Program-made: the position numbers and the translations under genes | Shown: positions 23,806 through 34,343 of the stretch, one piece after another | Numbering within the stretch: position 1 is the stretch's first letter | Layout: each line of letters opens with the position of its first letter | The notes under the pieces: model-generated | Database searches by the model: none | Told to the model about the DNA's origin: nothing | The model's input: the letters and a program-made list of their open reading frames with translations, nothing else | Virus record (IMG/VR): IMGVR_UViG_3300045988_089065 | Source: a virus | Length of the DNA: 40,503 bases | Strand: one strand, 5' to 3'

Positions 23806-25917
23806 CTATAATTTTGAAATCCATGTTTGACCTTCAATTTCTTGAAATAGTAAACCTGTAATTGAAGCTTTTGTTTTTACTTCTAATTCTTTTGTTACTG
23901 TTCCCTTGTCTGTTAATTCTGTTGTTACTTCGCCAGTTGATGAGTTGAAACTTCTAAATCCATCTGCATCCATTCTTGTGTATGTATTAGATGTACTTGA
24001 ATTTACTTGTATTCCTTTTCCTATATCAACTGTGTCGGTATGTGTTTCGTTAGGATTTTGAGACCATGCTTGTTTTTCCGCTCCAATATTTCCCATAACA
24101 TCAGCAATTTCTATTGCCTCATTAATATCTGTTTTAAAAGTAACAGAAATTCTATTATCTGTTACTTTAATTCGTTTGATATATTCTTTCCACTCCTGGC
24201 CAGTATAACTCAATTTTTCAGCTACACCATTTATTGTTACTGTTGTATTATCAAGCTTGTTTGTATTTTTATATAAAAATGATATTGTATAATCATCATT
24301 TTTTACTATTGCATCTTGATATACTGTTCCTATTGATAATTTGTACCCCATTCCACTAACAGTGTTTTTTCTTGTATCTGTGTCTATGTAACTTTCAATT
24401 GAATTTCCATTCCAAAAGTCTGTATCATAGTAGAAAATATTGTTACCACTATTGTTTTTTAAATTTACATTCAAACCATCTAGGCTTTCCTTAAATTCTG
24501 CCATCTTGTTGTTTGTTTCACTCTGAAAATCAGATATGGTCCTTTTGGTTTCATTTATTGTTGACTCCAATAAATTCATTTTAGATGTTGCACCTTGTTG
24601 TTCTTCAATAATCTCTTGTATTTTACCCTCTTGCTTATTTGTGATTATTTCAGTATTAGTTATTCTTTTCTCAATTCCAGTAGCATATTGGTATTTAGTA
24701 TCACTATACTTTGGTTCTTTTGTATTTGCCTTTTCTTTTATTCCAGATGTTATTTCTACATTGATATTAAACAATATTGTTTTATACTCATTTTCGTGTA
24801 AATCCTTTAATGTAACAATATCTCCAAATTCAAAATAGCCAAATCCGAAAGATGTATATTCAAATACATAATAAGATAACCCATTAATATGATTATATAT
24901 TTCCTCTATATAATCACTTCTGTTTCTATCCATAATTTGATTATTGTCTATTCTTATTGTTACTCTACCAGAGGCTGGTATTGAACTTGGATAGTAAATA
25001 TTATCTTCTTGTGGACTTCTACCTAATACCATTGTGTTATATGGTCCTATTTTCTTTCCAATAGTAAGTTTTTCTAAATCATTTTCATCAATTTTTTCTC
25101 CAGTTTCTGTTGGATATGCTACATATAAATCTTTATTTATAATTTTTATAAAACCTCCAGCTGCTGCTGCAATTTCATCTAAAATGTCTCTATATGTAAA
25201 ATCAGTTAATTCTGCATATTTATCTTCAGTTATTACTTTGTTAGCATTTGCAAAATCTGTGGTTTTTAAAGTCCATCCGAATTTTTTACATATAGCTCTT
25301 AACAGATCTAAAATAGTAACAGTTCCAGTAGAATAGTCGAGAGTGAGAGGACTATCAATATATTTAATATGGCTATCTATCATGTGATCATATAAATATA
25401 ATTTTAATGAGTGAGTATCAATTTTTTCTTCTTTGTCATAAACAACAAATTCACCCCAGTCAATATATTCATAATTATCAAACTCTGATGTCCTAACCCT
25501 TATTTGAATATTTATCGTACTTGCATTTTCAATATTTTCTCTTTTATCATGTGGAATAAGAAATTTTACTCTAGCATTATCCATTTTTCCCACACTCATA
25601 TTGTGAACATCTTCAACTGTATATTCTTTGTCTTGGTCCTCGGCTAAATATTTTACTTGAGTTTTATTCACTCTCCTAACCATTGCCTCATGCACTTGTC
25701 TAACTGTCATGATTTTACTTTTATCAATTGTTGTATAGTTTTCTATTTCTAGTTCAACCTGTCTCATAACAGAAGTAAATAAATCGCCATTTACGGCTAA
25801 ATTTAATTTTTTTACATGAGTTTTATCTAATTTTGTATTACCAAACCCGAGTAAGATATTTAATTGTTTTCCATAGACTTTCATTTTATTTTTAAAAGTT
25901 TTAGTTGTTTTTAACAT
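23806..25917 (-). CDS. Tail-associated (Tal-like) baseplate protein
   Basis: 703 aa. It is the second gene after the tape measure, where the Tal-like gene sits in Firmicute siphophages, and has a coiled-coil middle segment. Confidence 0.5.
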   Translation of the reverse strand: MLKTTKTFKNKMKVYGKQLNILLGFGNTKLDKTHVKKLNLAVNGDLFTSVMRQVELEIENYTTIDKSKIMTVRQVHEAMVRRVNKTQVKYLAEDQDKEYTVEDVHNMSVGKMDNARVKFLIPHDKRENIENASTINIQIRVRTSEFDNYEYIDWGEFVVYDKEEKIDTHSLKLYLYDHMIDSHIKYIDSPLTLDYSTGTVTILDLLRAICKKFGWTLKTTDFANANKVITEDKYAELTDFTYRDILDEIAAAAGGFIKIINKDLYVAYPTETGEKIDENDLEKLTIGKKIGPYNTMVLGRSPQEDNIYYPSSIPASGRVTIRIDNNQIMDRNRSDYIEEIYNHINGLSYYVFEYTSFGFGYFEFGDIVTLKDLHENEYKTILFNINVEITSGIKEKANTKEPKYSDTKYQYATGIEKRITNTEIITNKQEGKIQEIIEEQQGATSKMNLLESTINETKRTISDFQSETNNKMAEFKESLDGLNVNLKNNSGNNIFYYDTDFWNGNSIESYIDTDTRKNTVSGMGYKLSIGTVYQDAIVKNDDYTISFLYKNTNKLDNTTVTINGVAEKLSYTGQEWKEYIKRIKVTDNRISVTFKTDINEAIEIADVMGNIGAEKQAWSQNPNETHTDTVDIGKGIQVNSSTSNTYTRMDADGFRSFNSSTGEVTTELTDKGTVTKELEVKTKASITGLLFQEIEGQTWISKL

Positions 25918-26302
25918 GCCTATCTTCCCCCTCGTTTGGTATTAGATTGACCGCAAATGACTTATATTTTAGTTCTGGTAATCTTCCTATATATAAGTCC
26001 TCATCATAGTCATTAGCATAATAATCTGCGGTACATGTACAACCATATTTATTGTTATAATATTCAACAATAAAAGATGCCGAGTCGAAAATGAGTTCTA
26101 ATTCTCTCATTTCTTCAGCATCTAAAGGTTCTATTTCTAGTTGTATTTTAGGAAAATTTCCTATTAGCGTTCCTTTCATAACACCAGCCATATTTCTTCC
26201 AGTATCAGAACTCCATAATTTATTTCTTTGAATTTTATAAGATGTAATACACTTATAACTTTTTCCATTTAGTTTTATTAAATCTCCGCTATATCTAGCC
26301 AT
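25901..26302 (-). CDS. Putative distal tail protein (short form)
   Basis: Lies directly downstream of the tape measure. The ATG at 26302 follows a GGAAGGAGG RBS. 133 aa. Confidence 0.4.
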   Translation of the reverse strand: MARYSGDLIKLNGKSYKCITSYKIQRNKLWSSDTGRNMAGVMKGTLIGNFPKIQLEIEPLDAEEMRELELIFDSASFIVEYYNNKYGCTCTADYYANDYDEDLYIGRLPELKYKSFAVNLIPNEGEDRHVKNN

Positions 26303-26307
26303 AGATA

Positions 26308-29300
26308 TCAAGACCTCCTTCCGTTTGTGGCAAGTGCTAGTCTAGCTCTTCTTTCATATTGTTTTCTATCTATTTCCTCGCCATCTAAAGAAATTGGTAT
26401 ATTGATTTCTAATGGAACATAATCTCCACCCATTCCAGTATTCATATTTTTAAACTCTTGTAATGCACTTAAGAATGTTTCTTTCATTTTATCTACTGGA
26501 GATATAATTTCGCCTTGTGTTCGGTTATCTCCTACCACTGCAAGTCTTGGTGTATTTGCTTTAACATAACCACCTTGTGCAAGTTTAGGAATTTCTGGAA
26601 CATTGAATTTATGAATCCAAGTAAATGGTTTAAACCCAGCAACTTCAACATCATGAATTTTTTGTAATATTCCATTAATTGCATTAAATGGAACTGCAAT
26701 TATTTTGTTAATAGCACCAATAATTCCATTAACTATTGTTTTGAAGAAGTTTACAATTCCCTCTTTTATACCATCAAATATCTTTCCTCCTGTGCTAAAT
26801 ACATTTTTAACTGCTGTCCATGCTTGAGTAAAGATGTTTCTAAACCAATTTGCAATTCCACCAAAAATACTAGTAATCGCATTCCATGCACCTTGAGCTC
26901 CCTCTCTAACTTTTGTCTTAATGGTGTTCCATACATTACTAATAGTTGTTACAATATTGTTCCATATATTAGTAATAGTATTTTTTATTGCATTAAACAC
27001 ATTTGATATAGTATTTTTTATTCCATTTATCACATTTGAAATCATATCTTTAATACCATTCCATATATTTGTAAAAAATGTTTTGATTCCATTCCAAATA
27101 TTAGTGATTATAGTTTTTATAGCATTAAAGACAGTAGTAATTATTGCCTTTATAACATTTATAACTGTCTCTACAATTCCTTTAATTGCACTCCATACTG
27201 CTTGAACTATTCCTTTTATTGCATTCCATATTCCACTAAAGATATTTTTTATTCCATCCCAAGCTTTGCTCCAATCTCCAGTGAATACTCCAACAATAAA
27301 ATCTATTAAACCTTTGAAGAAATCTATTATTCCACCTATTGCATCTGCAATATGTCCGAATACGGTTTTTATCGTGTTCCATAATGCTTCGAATACTGGA
27401 ACTAATTTAGGCAATACATTTTGAATAATCCAATCTATTACTGGTTTCAATACACCATTCCATAATGCTTGAATTGCTTGAACTATTGAGCCAATTAGCC
27501 CACCTATTTTATCCATCAATGGACTTAAATGTTCTGTCCATAATTGTGAAAATCCATTAGCAACATTATCTAGGAATGGAACAATATAAGTATTCCAAAA
27601 TTCTAAAAATTTTCCGAATGTATCTGACATTCCAATAGATAAGTTTTCAAGAAATGGACTTATATATGTTGTATAAATTTCATTTATCTTATCTCCTAAT
27701 GCAGTCATTATTTCAGCTAGTGTTCCAAATATACTTGATATAGGTCCTAAAGTATTCTGGATTGTTTGCTTAATTAGATCACAATTATTTATAATTGGTG
27801 TTACTAATAATTTTGTTAAATCCGTTATGAATTTATTTATTACATCATAGACAGACATAATAGGATTTGCAAACATTTCAATAATACTTGTACCAATTGA
27901 TTTTGCCTCTTTTCCAGCAAAAACATCTGATATTTTTCCAATAGCCTCCATGAAATTTCCAACAAAAGTAAATCTTTCTGCAGTTACATCAAACATACTT
28001 ATTAAGAATTTCTTTATTCTTTCAGAATTTTTTTGTAAATATCCATCTGCACTTCCAACTAGTCCTTCAGCAATATTCACTCCAATTCTTGCAATTGCTC
28101 CGACTGATTGTCCTAATGCATAAGTCCATGTTTTTACAAGATTGTTTGCAGAGTTAACAACATTAGAATCTGTAAATATATCCAGTAATGATTTTTTTAT
28201 ATTGCTTAAATGTGATAAAATTCCATCGAAATTTGTATCTCCAAAACTAACTTTAAAGCCCTCTTTAAATATATTTGCCAACTCTTTTACTTTGTTCAAC
28301 ATACCATCAAATGCTGATGTATCTTGTTGTATATTGGTTGATACATCTAATGACTCTGCAAGGGCTGATGCTCCACCTCCAGCTCCACCTCCGGAACCAC
28401 TTCCAGAACCATTACTGCTATTGTCAGTTAGTTTATTCATTTCATCAAAACCAGCTAATTGTAAGGCTGCTTTTTTTGCTTGCTTTGCAGTTTTCCCTGC
28501 ACTATCGCCAACACCTTTTACTGCATCGGCTGCTTTGTCTGCATTATCGGCGACTCCTCCTAACCCTTTTGATACTGTTTCAACACTGTCTGCCTTTAAT
28601 CCAAACATTGACATTAAACCAGCAATTGCAGTGAATAATCTTGTTACTGCATTCGCAGCTGCGGTTAATATTGGAATAAATAATTTTGCAATAGGTTGTA
28701 TTACATTACCAATAGCAGTTTTCATTGTAGTGAAAGCAAAATTTAATTGAGCAACTTTACCAGAGTATGTATTTGCATAAATTGCTGCATCGTTCATTTG
28801 GAATTTTGTTTCTTCTAATATTCCATTTACCTCTGCATTTATTTTTTCTTGTTGTGTTAATTGGTTTGTTGTTTTTCCTACTGATTTTGCATAATCTTCC
28901 CACATTTTAGCAACATTTTTTGTTACACCAGCATTATCAACTAAAATACTATTTTCATTTTTTAGACCTTCAGATGCAGTTTGCACTGCCTCGCCTAATG
29001 AATAAGTGCTTTGTCTTCCGAATGTAGCACTATTTTTTAATGCTGTCATTGTCTTTTTAATCTGGTCTGATGAATAACCTCTAGCTGCTAAATTTTTATA
29101 TGCAGTAACTGCATTATTCAAAGGAACTAAACCATCACTTACATACTCTTCAATGAATTTTTGAGCTTGAGAAAAACTTTTTCCTTGCCCAGTCAATATA
29201 GAATTTAATCCTATCCATGCATTGCTTGTTTCTGTTGCTACTTGTAAACATGCTTTTCCAAATTTAACAACGGCTGCAACAGAAAAAGCAGCTAATGCTG

Positions 29301-29454
29301 CTTTACCAATTCCTTTTAAGGCTCCAGAAATTTTAGTTGAGGCTTGATTTGCTTGCCCTTGTAATCCATTTAATTCAGATTTAAATTTTTCACTTTTTAA
29401 TAATAATTCTAAATCTATTGTACCTACATTTTGACTCAATTTCTTCCACCTCAT
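26308..29454 (-). CDS. Tape measure protein
   Basis: 1048 aa with a GSGSGSGGGAGGG linker and long arrays of the W-N-x-I-K repeat (ITNIWNGIKTFFTNIWNGIKDMISNVINGIKNTISNVFNAIKNTITNIWNNI). Confidence 0.9.
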   Translation of the reverse strand: MRWKKLSQNVGTIDLELLLKSEKFKSELNGLQGQANQASTKISGALKGIGKAALAAFSVAAVVKFGKACLQVATETSNAWIGLNSILTGQGKSFSQAQKFIEEYVSDGLVPLNNAVTAYKNLAARGYSSDQIKKTMTALKNSATFGRQSTYSLGEAVQTASEGLKNENSILVDNAGVTKNVAKMWEDYAKSVGKTTNQLTQQEKINAEVNGILEETKFQMNDAAIYANTYSGKVAQLNFAFTTMKTAIGNVIQPIAKLFIPILTAAANAVTRLFTAIAGLMSMFGLKADSVETVSKGLGGVADNADKAADAVKGVGDSAGKTAKQAKKAALQLAGFDEMNKLTDNSSNGSGSGSGGGAGGGASALAESLDVSTNIQQDTSAFDGMLNKVKELANIFKEGFKVSFGDTNFDGILSHLSNIKKSLLDIFTDSNVVNSANNLVKTWTYALGQSVGAIARIGVNIAEGLVGSADGYLQKNSERIKKFLISMFDVTAERFTFVGNFMEAIGKISDVFAGKEAKSIGTSIIEMFANPIMSVYDVINKFITDLTKLLVTPIINNCDLIKQTIQNTLGPISSIFGTLAEIMTALGDKINEIYTTYISPFLENLSIGMSDTFGKFLEFWNTYIVPFLDNVANGFSQLWTEHLSPLMDKIGGLIGSIVQAIQALWNGVLKPVIDWIIQNVLPKLVPVFEALWNTIKTVFGHIADAIGGIIDFFKGLIDFIVGVFTGDWSKAWDGIKNIFSGIWNAIKGIVQAVWSAIKGIVETVINVIKAIITTVFNAIKTIITNIWNGIKTFFTNIWNGIKDMISNVINGIKNTISNVFNAIKNTITNIWNNIVTTISNVWNTIKTKVREGAQGAWNAITSIFGGIANWFRNIFTQAWTAVKNVFSTGGKIFDGIKEGIVNFFKTIVNGIIGAINKIIAVPFNAINGILQKIHDVEVAGFKPFTWIHKFNVPEIPKLAQGGYVKANTPRLAVVGDNRTQGEIISPVDKMKETFLSALQEFKNMNTGMGGDYVPLEINIPISLDGEEIDRKQYERRARLALATNGRRS

Positions 29455-29840
29455 TTCTTTTCATTTTGTTTTGCTATGGATTTAAACATATTTTTTATAC
29501 TTTCCATAGCTTGTTGATAATCTTCATGACTTATTTCTTTTGCATTTTTATTTAACCATTTTGACCTAATTCTCTTTTCATTTTCAGTAAAATTTTTAAT
29601 TACTTTTGGATCATTTTCACTTCTAATTCTTACAATATTTCCTAGAGGTGTGTCTCCATTCAAACCACTTAATAAACTTGAAAATTCTCCCCACTTCATA
29701 GTATCTATTTCCATTCTTAGTCTAATGCCATATTGTTGAGCAAAAGAGCTTTCTATTAAATCAAAATCATCAATCAAATCATAAAAAGACTCATCATTGT
29801 TTTGGAAATCGTTTCTCCATTTCCTCATAAGATATTTCAT
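29451..29840 (-). CDS. Tail assembly chaperone partner (Gp15-like)
   Basis: 129-aa ORF between the chaperone and the tape measure. It overlaps the upstream ORF by 47 nt in the +1 frame. Confidence 0.55.
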   Translation of the reverse strand: MKYLMRKWRNDFQNNDESFYDLIDDFDLIESSFAQQYGIRLRMEIDTMKWGEFSSLLSGLNGDTPLGNIVRIRSENDPKVIKNFTENEKRIRSKWLNKNAKEISHEDYQQAMESIKNMFKSIAKQNEKK

Positions 29841-30108
29841 TTATTGCTGCCATTAAACCGATTATTACACTTTCAATTCCATTCACAGACAATTTCATAT
29901 CTTTTATTTCTTTCAATGCATCTTTTCCCATTAGTATTTCAATTACTTCATACATAACATCAATACTAAATTCTTTATCCTTTAATTTGTCTTGTACTAT
30001 AACAAAAGTTTCTGCACTATTATCAACTTCATATTCCTTATCTTCTGTTAATTTAATTTTTATAGGCTCTTTTTTTAGTTTCGCACTAATATCAATACTA
30101 TTTGCCAT
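29794..30108 (-). CDS. Tail assembly chaperone
   Basis: A GGGAGGA RBS favours the ATG at 30108 (104 aa). Acidic small protein between the major tail and tape measure genes. Confidence 0.6.
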   Translation of the reverse strand: MANSIDISAKLKKEPIKIKLTEDKEYEVDNSAETFVIVQDKLKDKEFSIDVMYEVIEILMGKDALKEIKDMKLSVNGIESVIIGLMAAINEISYEEMEKRFPKQ

Positions 30109-30134
30109 TTTAATTCCTCCCAAATTTAATTTTA

Positions 30135-30173
30135 ATAAAAAAAATAAGCCCCAGTACCGAAATACTGAGGCTT
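30135..30173 (-). terminator. Rho-independent terminator after the major tail gene
   Basis: On the minus strand: AAGCCTCAGTA-tttcgg-TACTGGGGCTT followed by T8. Confidence 0.65.
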
Positions 30174-30176
30174 GTT

Positions 30177-30629
30177 TTATGCTGCTGGTGTTACTGTTGG
30201 TTTTCCATTTGACATAACCTCGAACTCTAAAGGTGCTACATTTGTACTGTCTCCTGTTCCAGCATTAGAAACAGAAATTATACAATCGAATGCTACTTTT
30301 GTGCCATCTGCAAATTCCCATTCAAATTTAGATTCTACATTTGCACCAGTTGCAAATAATTTTGATGCAATATAATCATTACCTGCATCCCCTACATTTC
30401 TTTTTCCAGAAATGCTTATTGAAAAACCTTTACCTGTCATCATTCTTCTTATCCAGCCTTCTGTTGTCATAGGTGTCCATTCTTCAATATTGTTATCCAT
30501 TGACATTGAGAATGTTTCGCAATCTGCGATTGTTTTCATGTCAGCAGGATCTGCTGAGTTTGCTCCCTTTGTACCAATTTTGAAAATATTATCAAAAACT
30601 GGATATACTCCTGTTGTAACTGTACCCAT
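30177..30629 (-). CDS. Major tail protein
   Basis: 150 aa. Position is before the chaperones and after the tail-completion genes, and a strong terminator follows. Confidence 0.65.
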   Translation of the reverse strand: MGTVTTGVYPVFDNIFKIGTKGANSADPADMKTIADCETFSMSMDNNIEEWTPMTTEGWIRRMMTGKGFSISISGKRNVGDAGNDYIASKLFATGANVESKFEWEFADGTKVAFDCIISVSNAGTGDSTNVAPLEFEVMSNGKPTVTPAA

Positions 30630-30632
30630 ATC

Positions 30633-31121
30633 CTATTCACTCTCCTTATAATAAAATTTTGCTTGTATTACTCTTTCATAAATATTAGAACTATCTGTTC
30701 CAACATCTACTGGTTCTGGTACAAGCAATTCAATATAATTTACTAAAATATTGTCTGTTATATTAAAATTTCTTGCATTCATGAATTTATAATATAGTTC
30801 TAATGCTTTCAATTCTGTCTCGTCTGCATTATTATTCCAATGAATTAAAATACTTACTGTTTTTTCTTTTATCTTTGTATTGTCTAACCCACCTACTGCA
30901 ATATTCATATTTGTAGTAGGATATTGATATACTCCAATAGATTTTTGTTTTTTATTATCTAATTTACCAATATAAAAATGGTCTGCAACAATATAACCTT
31001 TTGCAAATAATTGCTTTACAGTTAGATTATTTACATCTTTTACTGCCATTTTATTGATATCTGCAATTGTTTTTGTATCTAATTTAACTAACCAGTTTTT
31101 AATATCCACTAATCTTAACAT
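30633..31121 (-). CDS. Tail completion / head-tail joining protein
   Basis: 162 aa. Assigned by synteny with SPP1-like connector modules. Confidence 0.45.
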   Translation of the reverse strand: MLRLVDIKNWLVKLDTKTIADINKMAVKDVNNLTVKQLFAKGYIVADHFYIGKLDNKKQKSIGVYQYPTTNMNIAVGGLDNTKIKEKTVSILIHWNNNADETELKALELYYKFMNARNFNITDNILVNYIELLVPEPVDVGTDSSNIYERVIQAKFYYKESE

Positions 31122-31504
31122 TACAAACCAGCCTCCTTTTTATATAACTTTGCAAATGAATTACCAACAAAATCTTTATTCTTTCCACTTATCCAAGACT
31201 CTAACCAATTACCTTGTGCATGAGCATTTTCTTTGGTTTGGAAATTATACTCCGGATGATAATATAATCTTCTAGCATAAGGTGTAGAAGTTATTAAACT
31301 TACTCGACCTTGTTTGCTTTTTCTTATATCTGTAAATGTAGAATTATTTTGCATATTTCCTGTATCAAAAGGCATTACTTGAGCATTTATAACTTCCGTT
31401 TTTAATGCTTCAATCGTTTCTTCTAATGCAGTTATTGTTGCTCTATCTAATTGTTTTATTTTAGGGAAATTAATCTTAATTGTAGATTTTACGAAGTTTG
31501 ACAT
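31121..31504 (-). CDS. Head-tail joining protein (HK97 gp10-like)
   Basis: 127 aa. Assigned by synteny, with ATGA-type coupling to its neighbours. Confidence 0.45.
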   Translation of the reverse strand: MSNFVKSTIKINFPKIKQLDRATITALEETIEALKTEVINAQVMPFDTGNMQNNSTFTDIRKSKQGRVSLITSTPYARRLYYHPEYNFQTKENAHAQGNWLESWISGKNKDFVGNSFAKLYKKEAGL

Positions 31505-31842
31505 TACACAATATCCAATTCAATATAATTTACTGTTCCATCTGGATTCCTCGCTTTTGTACCTTGCACAATATCTCTCTCTTTTCCGAAAACTGTAACT
31601 TTACCACTATGTATATCTGTAATTTCTGGTGCAATATCTTGAGAGAATAAGCAAATACCAGTTACTTGGATTGTTACCTTTTCACTGGTAAGAACTCTTT
31701 TTGCTTTGTTCTGATAATTGCATTTAAAATCACTTTCCAAAGCAATTTGAGGAGATCCCTCTTCAGATATATCATCACTATACAAAACTACATGAATGTC
31801 AGTTTTACAATCTTGTTTTCTAACTAAAGATGGATATTTCAT
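31504..31842 (-). CDS. Head closure / head-tail adaptor protein
   Basis: A GAGG RBS favours the ATG at 31842 (112 aa). Assigned by synteny. Confidence 0.45.
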   Translation of the reverse strand: MKYPSLVRKQDCKTDIHVVLYSDDISEEGSPQIALESDFKCNYQNKAKRVLTSEKVTIQVTGICLFSQDIAPEITDIHSGKVTVFGKERDIVQGTKARNPDGTVNYIELDIV

Positions 31843-32234
31843 TGATAATACCTCGCATTCTTGCAAGTTAGACCAGTTTGTCCCAGCAATTTATATAATC
31901 TAAAAGGTATTGCAATTCCCTCGATTAATTTCACATTAAGATTGTTGTTTCCAAAACTTTGAGATACCCCATTTATTGAATAACTAGATAATATTGACTC
32001 AATCACATCCGCATTTTCAAATTTAAATTCGGCAAACTGACAACATACTCTTTGAATTATATCTTTTTGAAAATCGGTAAGATTATCAAAACCTTTTCCA
32101 ACAATCCTATTAAAAGTCAAAGTATTTACATCATCAGTTGCCTCTTGTAAGTATTTATTTAACTCATTATCACTAGAAAGACTACTGCCTTTATATGTAT
32201 TTTGGTAGTAGTCTTTATCTGCATATATCTTCAT
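31839..32234 (-). CDS. Head-tail connector (gp6-like)
   Basis: 131 aa, immediately after the capsid gene. The N-terminus (YADKDYYQNTYKGS) is typical of this family. Confidence 0.5.
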   Translation of the reverse strand: MKIYADKDYYQNTYKGSSLSSDNELNKYLQEATDDVNTLTFNRIVGKGFDNLTDFQKDIIQRVCCQFAEFKFENADVIESILSSYSINGVSQSFGNNNLNVKLIEGIAIPFRLYKLLGQTGLTCKNARYYQ

Positions 32235-32247
32235 ACTTCATCAACTC

Positions 32248-33153
32248 CTAGGCTGATTTTTCAATATAAAACTGAATAGCAGCATGTTTCTTATTAAAGA
32301 TGAATACATCTTCAAAAGATTCCTCAAAATATGTCCATTTTCCTTTAGACAATGAACTTGGAGCTCCCAATTCTGCAAAATCATAAGCGATTACTGGGAT
32401 TACTGCACTTGGATGTACTAATAACATTTTTACATCTTTAGCACCAGCTGCTACTTCAAATCCATCTGTTTCTTTGAATGTATAAGCAGATTTCATCGCT
32501 GAAGTTGGAACACCAATTACTTCAACTTCTCCAATTCTATCTAATGATCTAGCAACGGCAGTATCTGTTGCACTTAAATTTCTAGCTGCTTCTTTTGCAG
32601 TATCAATTAATGTTTTTGTGTATGTGTCAGCATATAACAATCTTCCTGCTGCTGGAACTCTTGCCTCGTCCATTTTATCCATCATTGCATCAAATTTTGT
32701 TAAAACATTTGCTAATGTTAAAACATCATCTGGTGTAACTGCTTCTATCGCATTTTTTAATGCATATAGTTCTGTGATCATCTCTGCATCCATTTCTGGG
32801 AATTTTTGTTCCTCATTCATAACTTTTGTTATGTTTGATATAGATGCAACATGATTTGTTTCATCAATGTCGCGTGGGTGAATTAAAGTATCCCATGTTC
32901 TATGTCTTTTTAATACTTTTGTTTCCTCTGCATTATTGAAGTTTCTAGAGAATGTTCCTATTGAATCTCTATCTCCATTACTTCTACCTTTTACAGATAA
33001 ACTTGGTAAAATAACTGTATTGTTATTTAAAAATTTAACGTCTGGTTTTACAGCAGACCATAAAGCTCCAAAATACAATGTATATGGATAAGCTTGAGCT
33101 AAAGCTTGTGAATATTCTTTAGCATAATTCAAATTTTGTTTTTCAAATGCCAT
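32248..33153 (-). CDS. Major capsid protein
   Basis: 301 aa, preceded by the scaffold gene. Confidence 0.8.
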   Translation of the reverse strand: MAFEKQNLNYAKEYSQALAQAYPYTLYFGALWSAVKPDVKFLNNNTVILPSLSVKGRSNGDRDSIGTFSRNFNNAEETKVLKRHRTWDTLIHPRDIDETNHVASISNITKVMNEEQKFPEMDAEMITELYALKNAIEAVTPDDVLTLANVLTKFDAMMDKMDEARVPAAGRLLYADTYTKTLIDTAKEAARNLSATDTAVARSLDRIGEVEVIGVPTSAMKSAYTFKETDGFEVAAGAKDVKMLLVHPSAVIPVIAYDFAELGAPSSLSKGKWTYFEESFEDVFIFNKKHAAIQFYIEKSA

Positions 33154-33177
33154 TTTAAATTACCTCTTTTCTTTCTA

Positions 33178-33819
33178 TTATTTTTTTCTAGGTCTTACAC
33201 CAGCAAATCCGAAATCAAATGCTGGAGAATTTGAGCCTTGATTATTGTTAGTGTTAGCACCAACTGTGATGCCTACAGAATTTTGAACTTGTTTCTTTAA
33301 TCCTGGTACATCATCAATGACCTTTTGTAGTGCTTGTTTTAAAGAGTCATCATTTACTTTTCCATCTTTATCAACACAATTTGAAAAATCAGCCATTTTT
33401 AATAGATAAGGCATTGTTTTATTATCTATATTTAACTCATCAACAAACCCATAGGCTTTTAATGATATTTGTAATTTTTGATTTTTTAATTGCTCTGTTT
33501 TTAAAGAATTTTGAGCATCTGATAATTCTCTATTTTGTTGGTTGGCTTGGCTTTCTCTTTGAGCTTTGAAAGTTGTTATTGCACTTTCCATTTCCTCTGC
33601 AGATAAACCTTGCTTTTGAAAATAGCTTTTCAATATGCTATCTTCTGTTTTTGCATTTCTACCATCTATCATTTCTTGGATTTTTGCATAATCTATAGCT
33701 CCAGCTGATGGTTGATTTGCATTTTGATTTGTTTGTTGCCCAGTAGTGTTTTGGGCATTTGGATTTGAATTATTATTTACACCATTGTTATTTGTGTTGT
33801 TATCTCCATTCATTCTCAC
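33178..33819 (-). CDS. Scaffolding protein
   Basis: 213 aa with an Asn/Gln-rich N-terminus and a coiled-coil centre. Position is between the portal/head-morphogenesis genes and the capsid gene. Confidence 0.65.
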   Translation of the reverse strand: MRMNGDNNTNNNGVNNNSNPNAQNTTGQQTNQNANQPSAGAIDYAKIQEMIDGRNAKTEDSILKSYFQKQGLSAEEMESAITTFKAQRESQANQQNRELSDAQNSLKTEQLKNQKLQISLKAYGFVDELNIDNKTMPYLLKMADFSNCVDKDGKVNDDSLKQALQKVIDDVPGLKKQVQNSVGITVGANTNNNQGSNSPAFDFGFAGVRPRKK

Positions 33820-33904
33820 TACCTCCTACTTTTTTAAGTCTTGAATTGACTATTTAATAAATTTGCACATGCTTTTTTGTATGGACATCAGTGTTTGGTC
33901 CATA

Positions 33905-33927
33905 TTAAAAAGAGCCTTTCGGCTCTT
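33905..33927 (-). terminator. Hairpin terminator (AAGAGCC-gaaa-GGCTCTT + T run on the minus strand)
   Basis: Near-identical copy of the element at 34344-34366. Confidence 0.55.
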
Positions 33928-33929
33928 AA

Positions 33930-34310
33930 TTAATCAACATATAAACTTCTTTGAAGTTCTTCATATCTTGTTTTTGATACTTTATATTGCTTATCTCCAT
34001 CTTTTACTGGTTTATTATCTTCTAGACTTTCATCTAAAACAAAAGTATCTCCAACATTATAAACAACCTTTGAGTCATATTTATCCCTAAAAACTTCTTT
34101 TACAGTTGGAACTTTGTTTTCTGTAGCTTGCACTTTTGCATCTTCATTTAATGGAGCTTCTATTTTATCTCCAGCTAGTTCTACTTCTTCAGTTTCTCCT
34201 GTACTTGTAATTTCTTCAGTTTTAGGTTCTTCAACCTTTTCAGTTGTTTCTGTAACAACTTCTTCTTGTAATTCTTCGTTTTCTTTTACTTCTTCTTTCT
34301 TTTTAGCCAT
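33930..34310 (-). CDS. Highly acidic hypothetical protein
   Basis: 126 aa with a Glu/Thr/Val-rich N-terminal half. Bracketed by two near-identical terminators. Confidence 0.55.
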   Translation of the reverse strand: MAKKKEEVKENEELQEEVVTETTEKVEEPKTEEITSTGETEEVELAGDKIEAPLNEDAKVQATENKVPTVKEVFRDKYDSKVVYNVGDTFVLDESLEDNKPVKDGDKQYKVSKTRYEELQRSLYVD

Positions 34311-34343
34311 TTTAAATACCTCTTTTCTTTTAAAATTTTTATA

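Noticed and set aside
28142-28750. Long plus-strand ORFs antisense to structural genes (also e.g. 726-929, 2276-2539, 24536-24838, 26921-27205, 36145-36516, 38464-38877)
   Set aside because: They are low-complexity Leu/Phe/Ile/Ser-rich mirror frames of AT-rich minus-strand genes, with no RBS. They lie fully inside strongly supported CDSs.
29794-29840. Canonical -1 slippery heptamer for the tail chaperone frameshift
   Set aside because: The downstream ORF is in the +1 frame and no X XXY YYZ site is present in the overlap.
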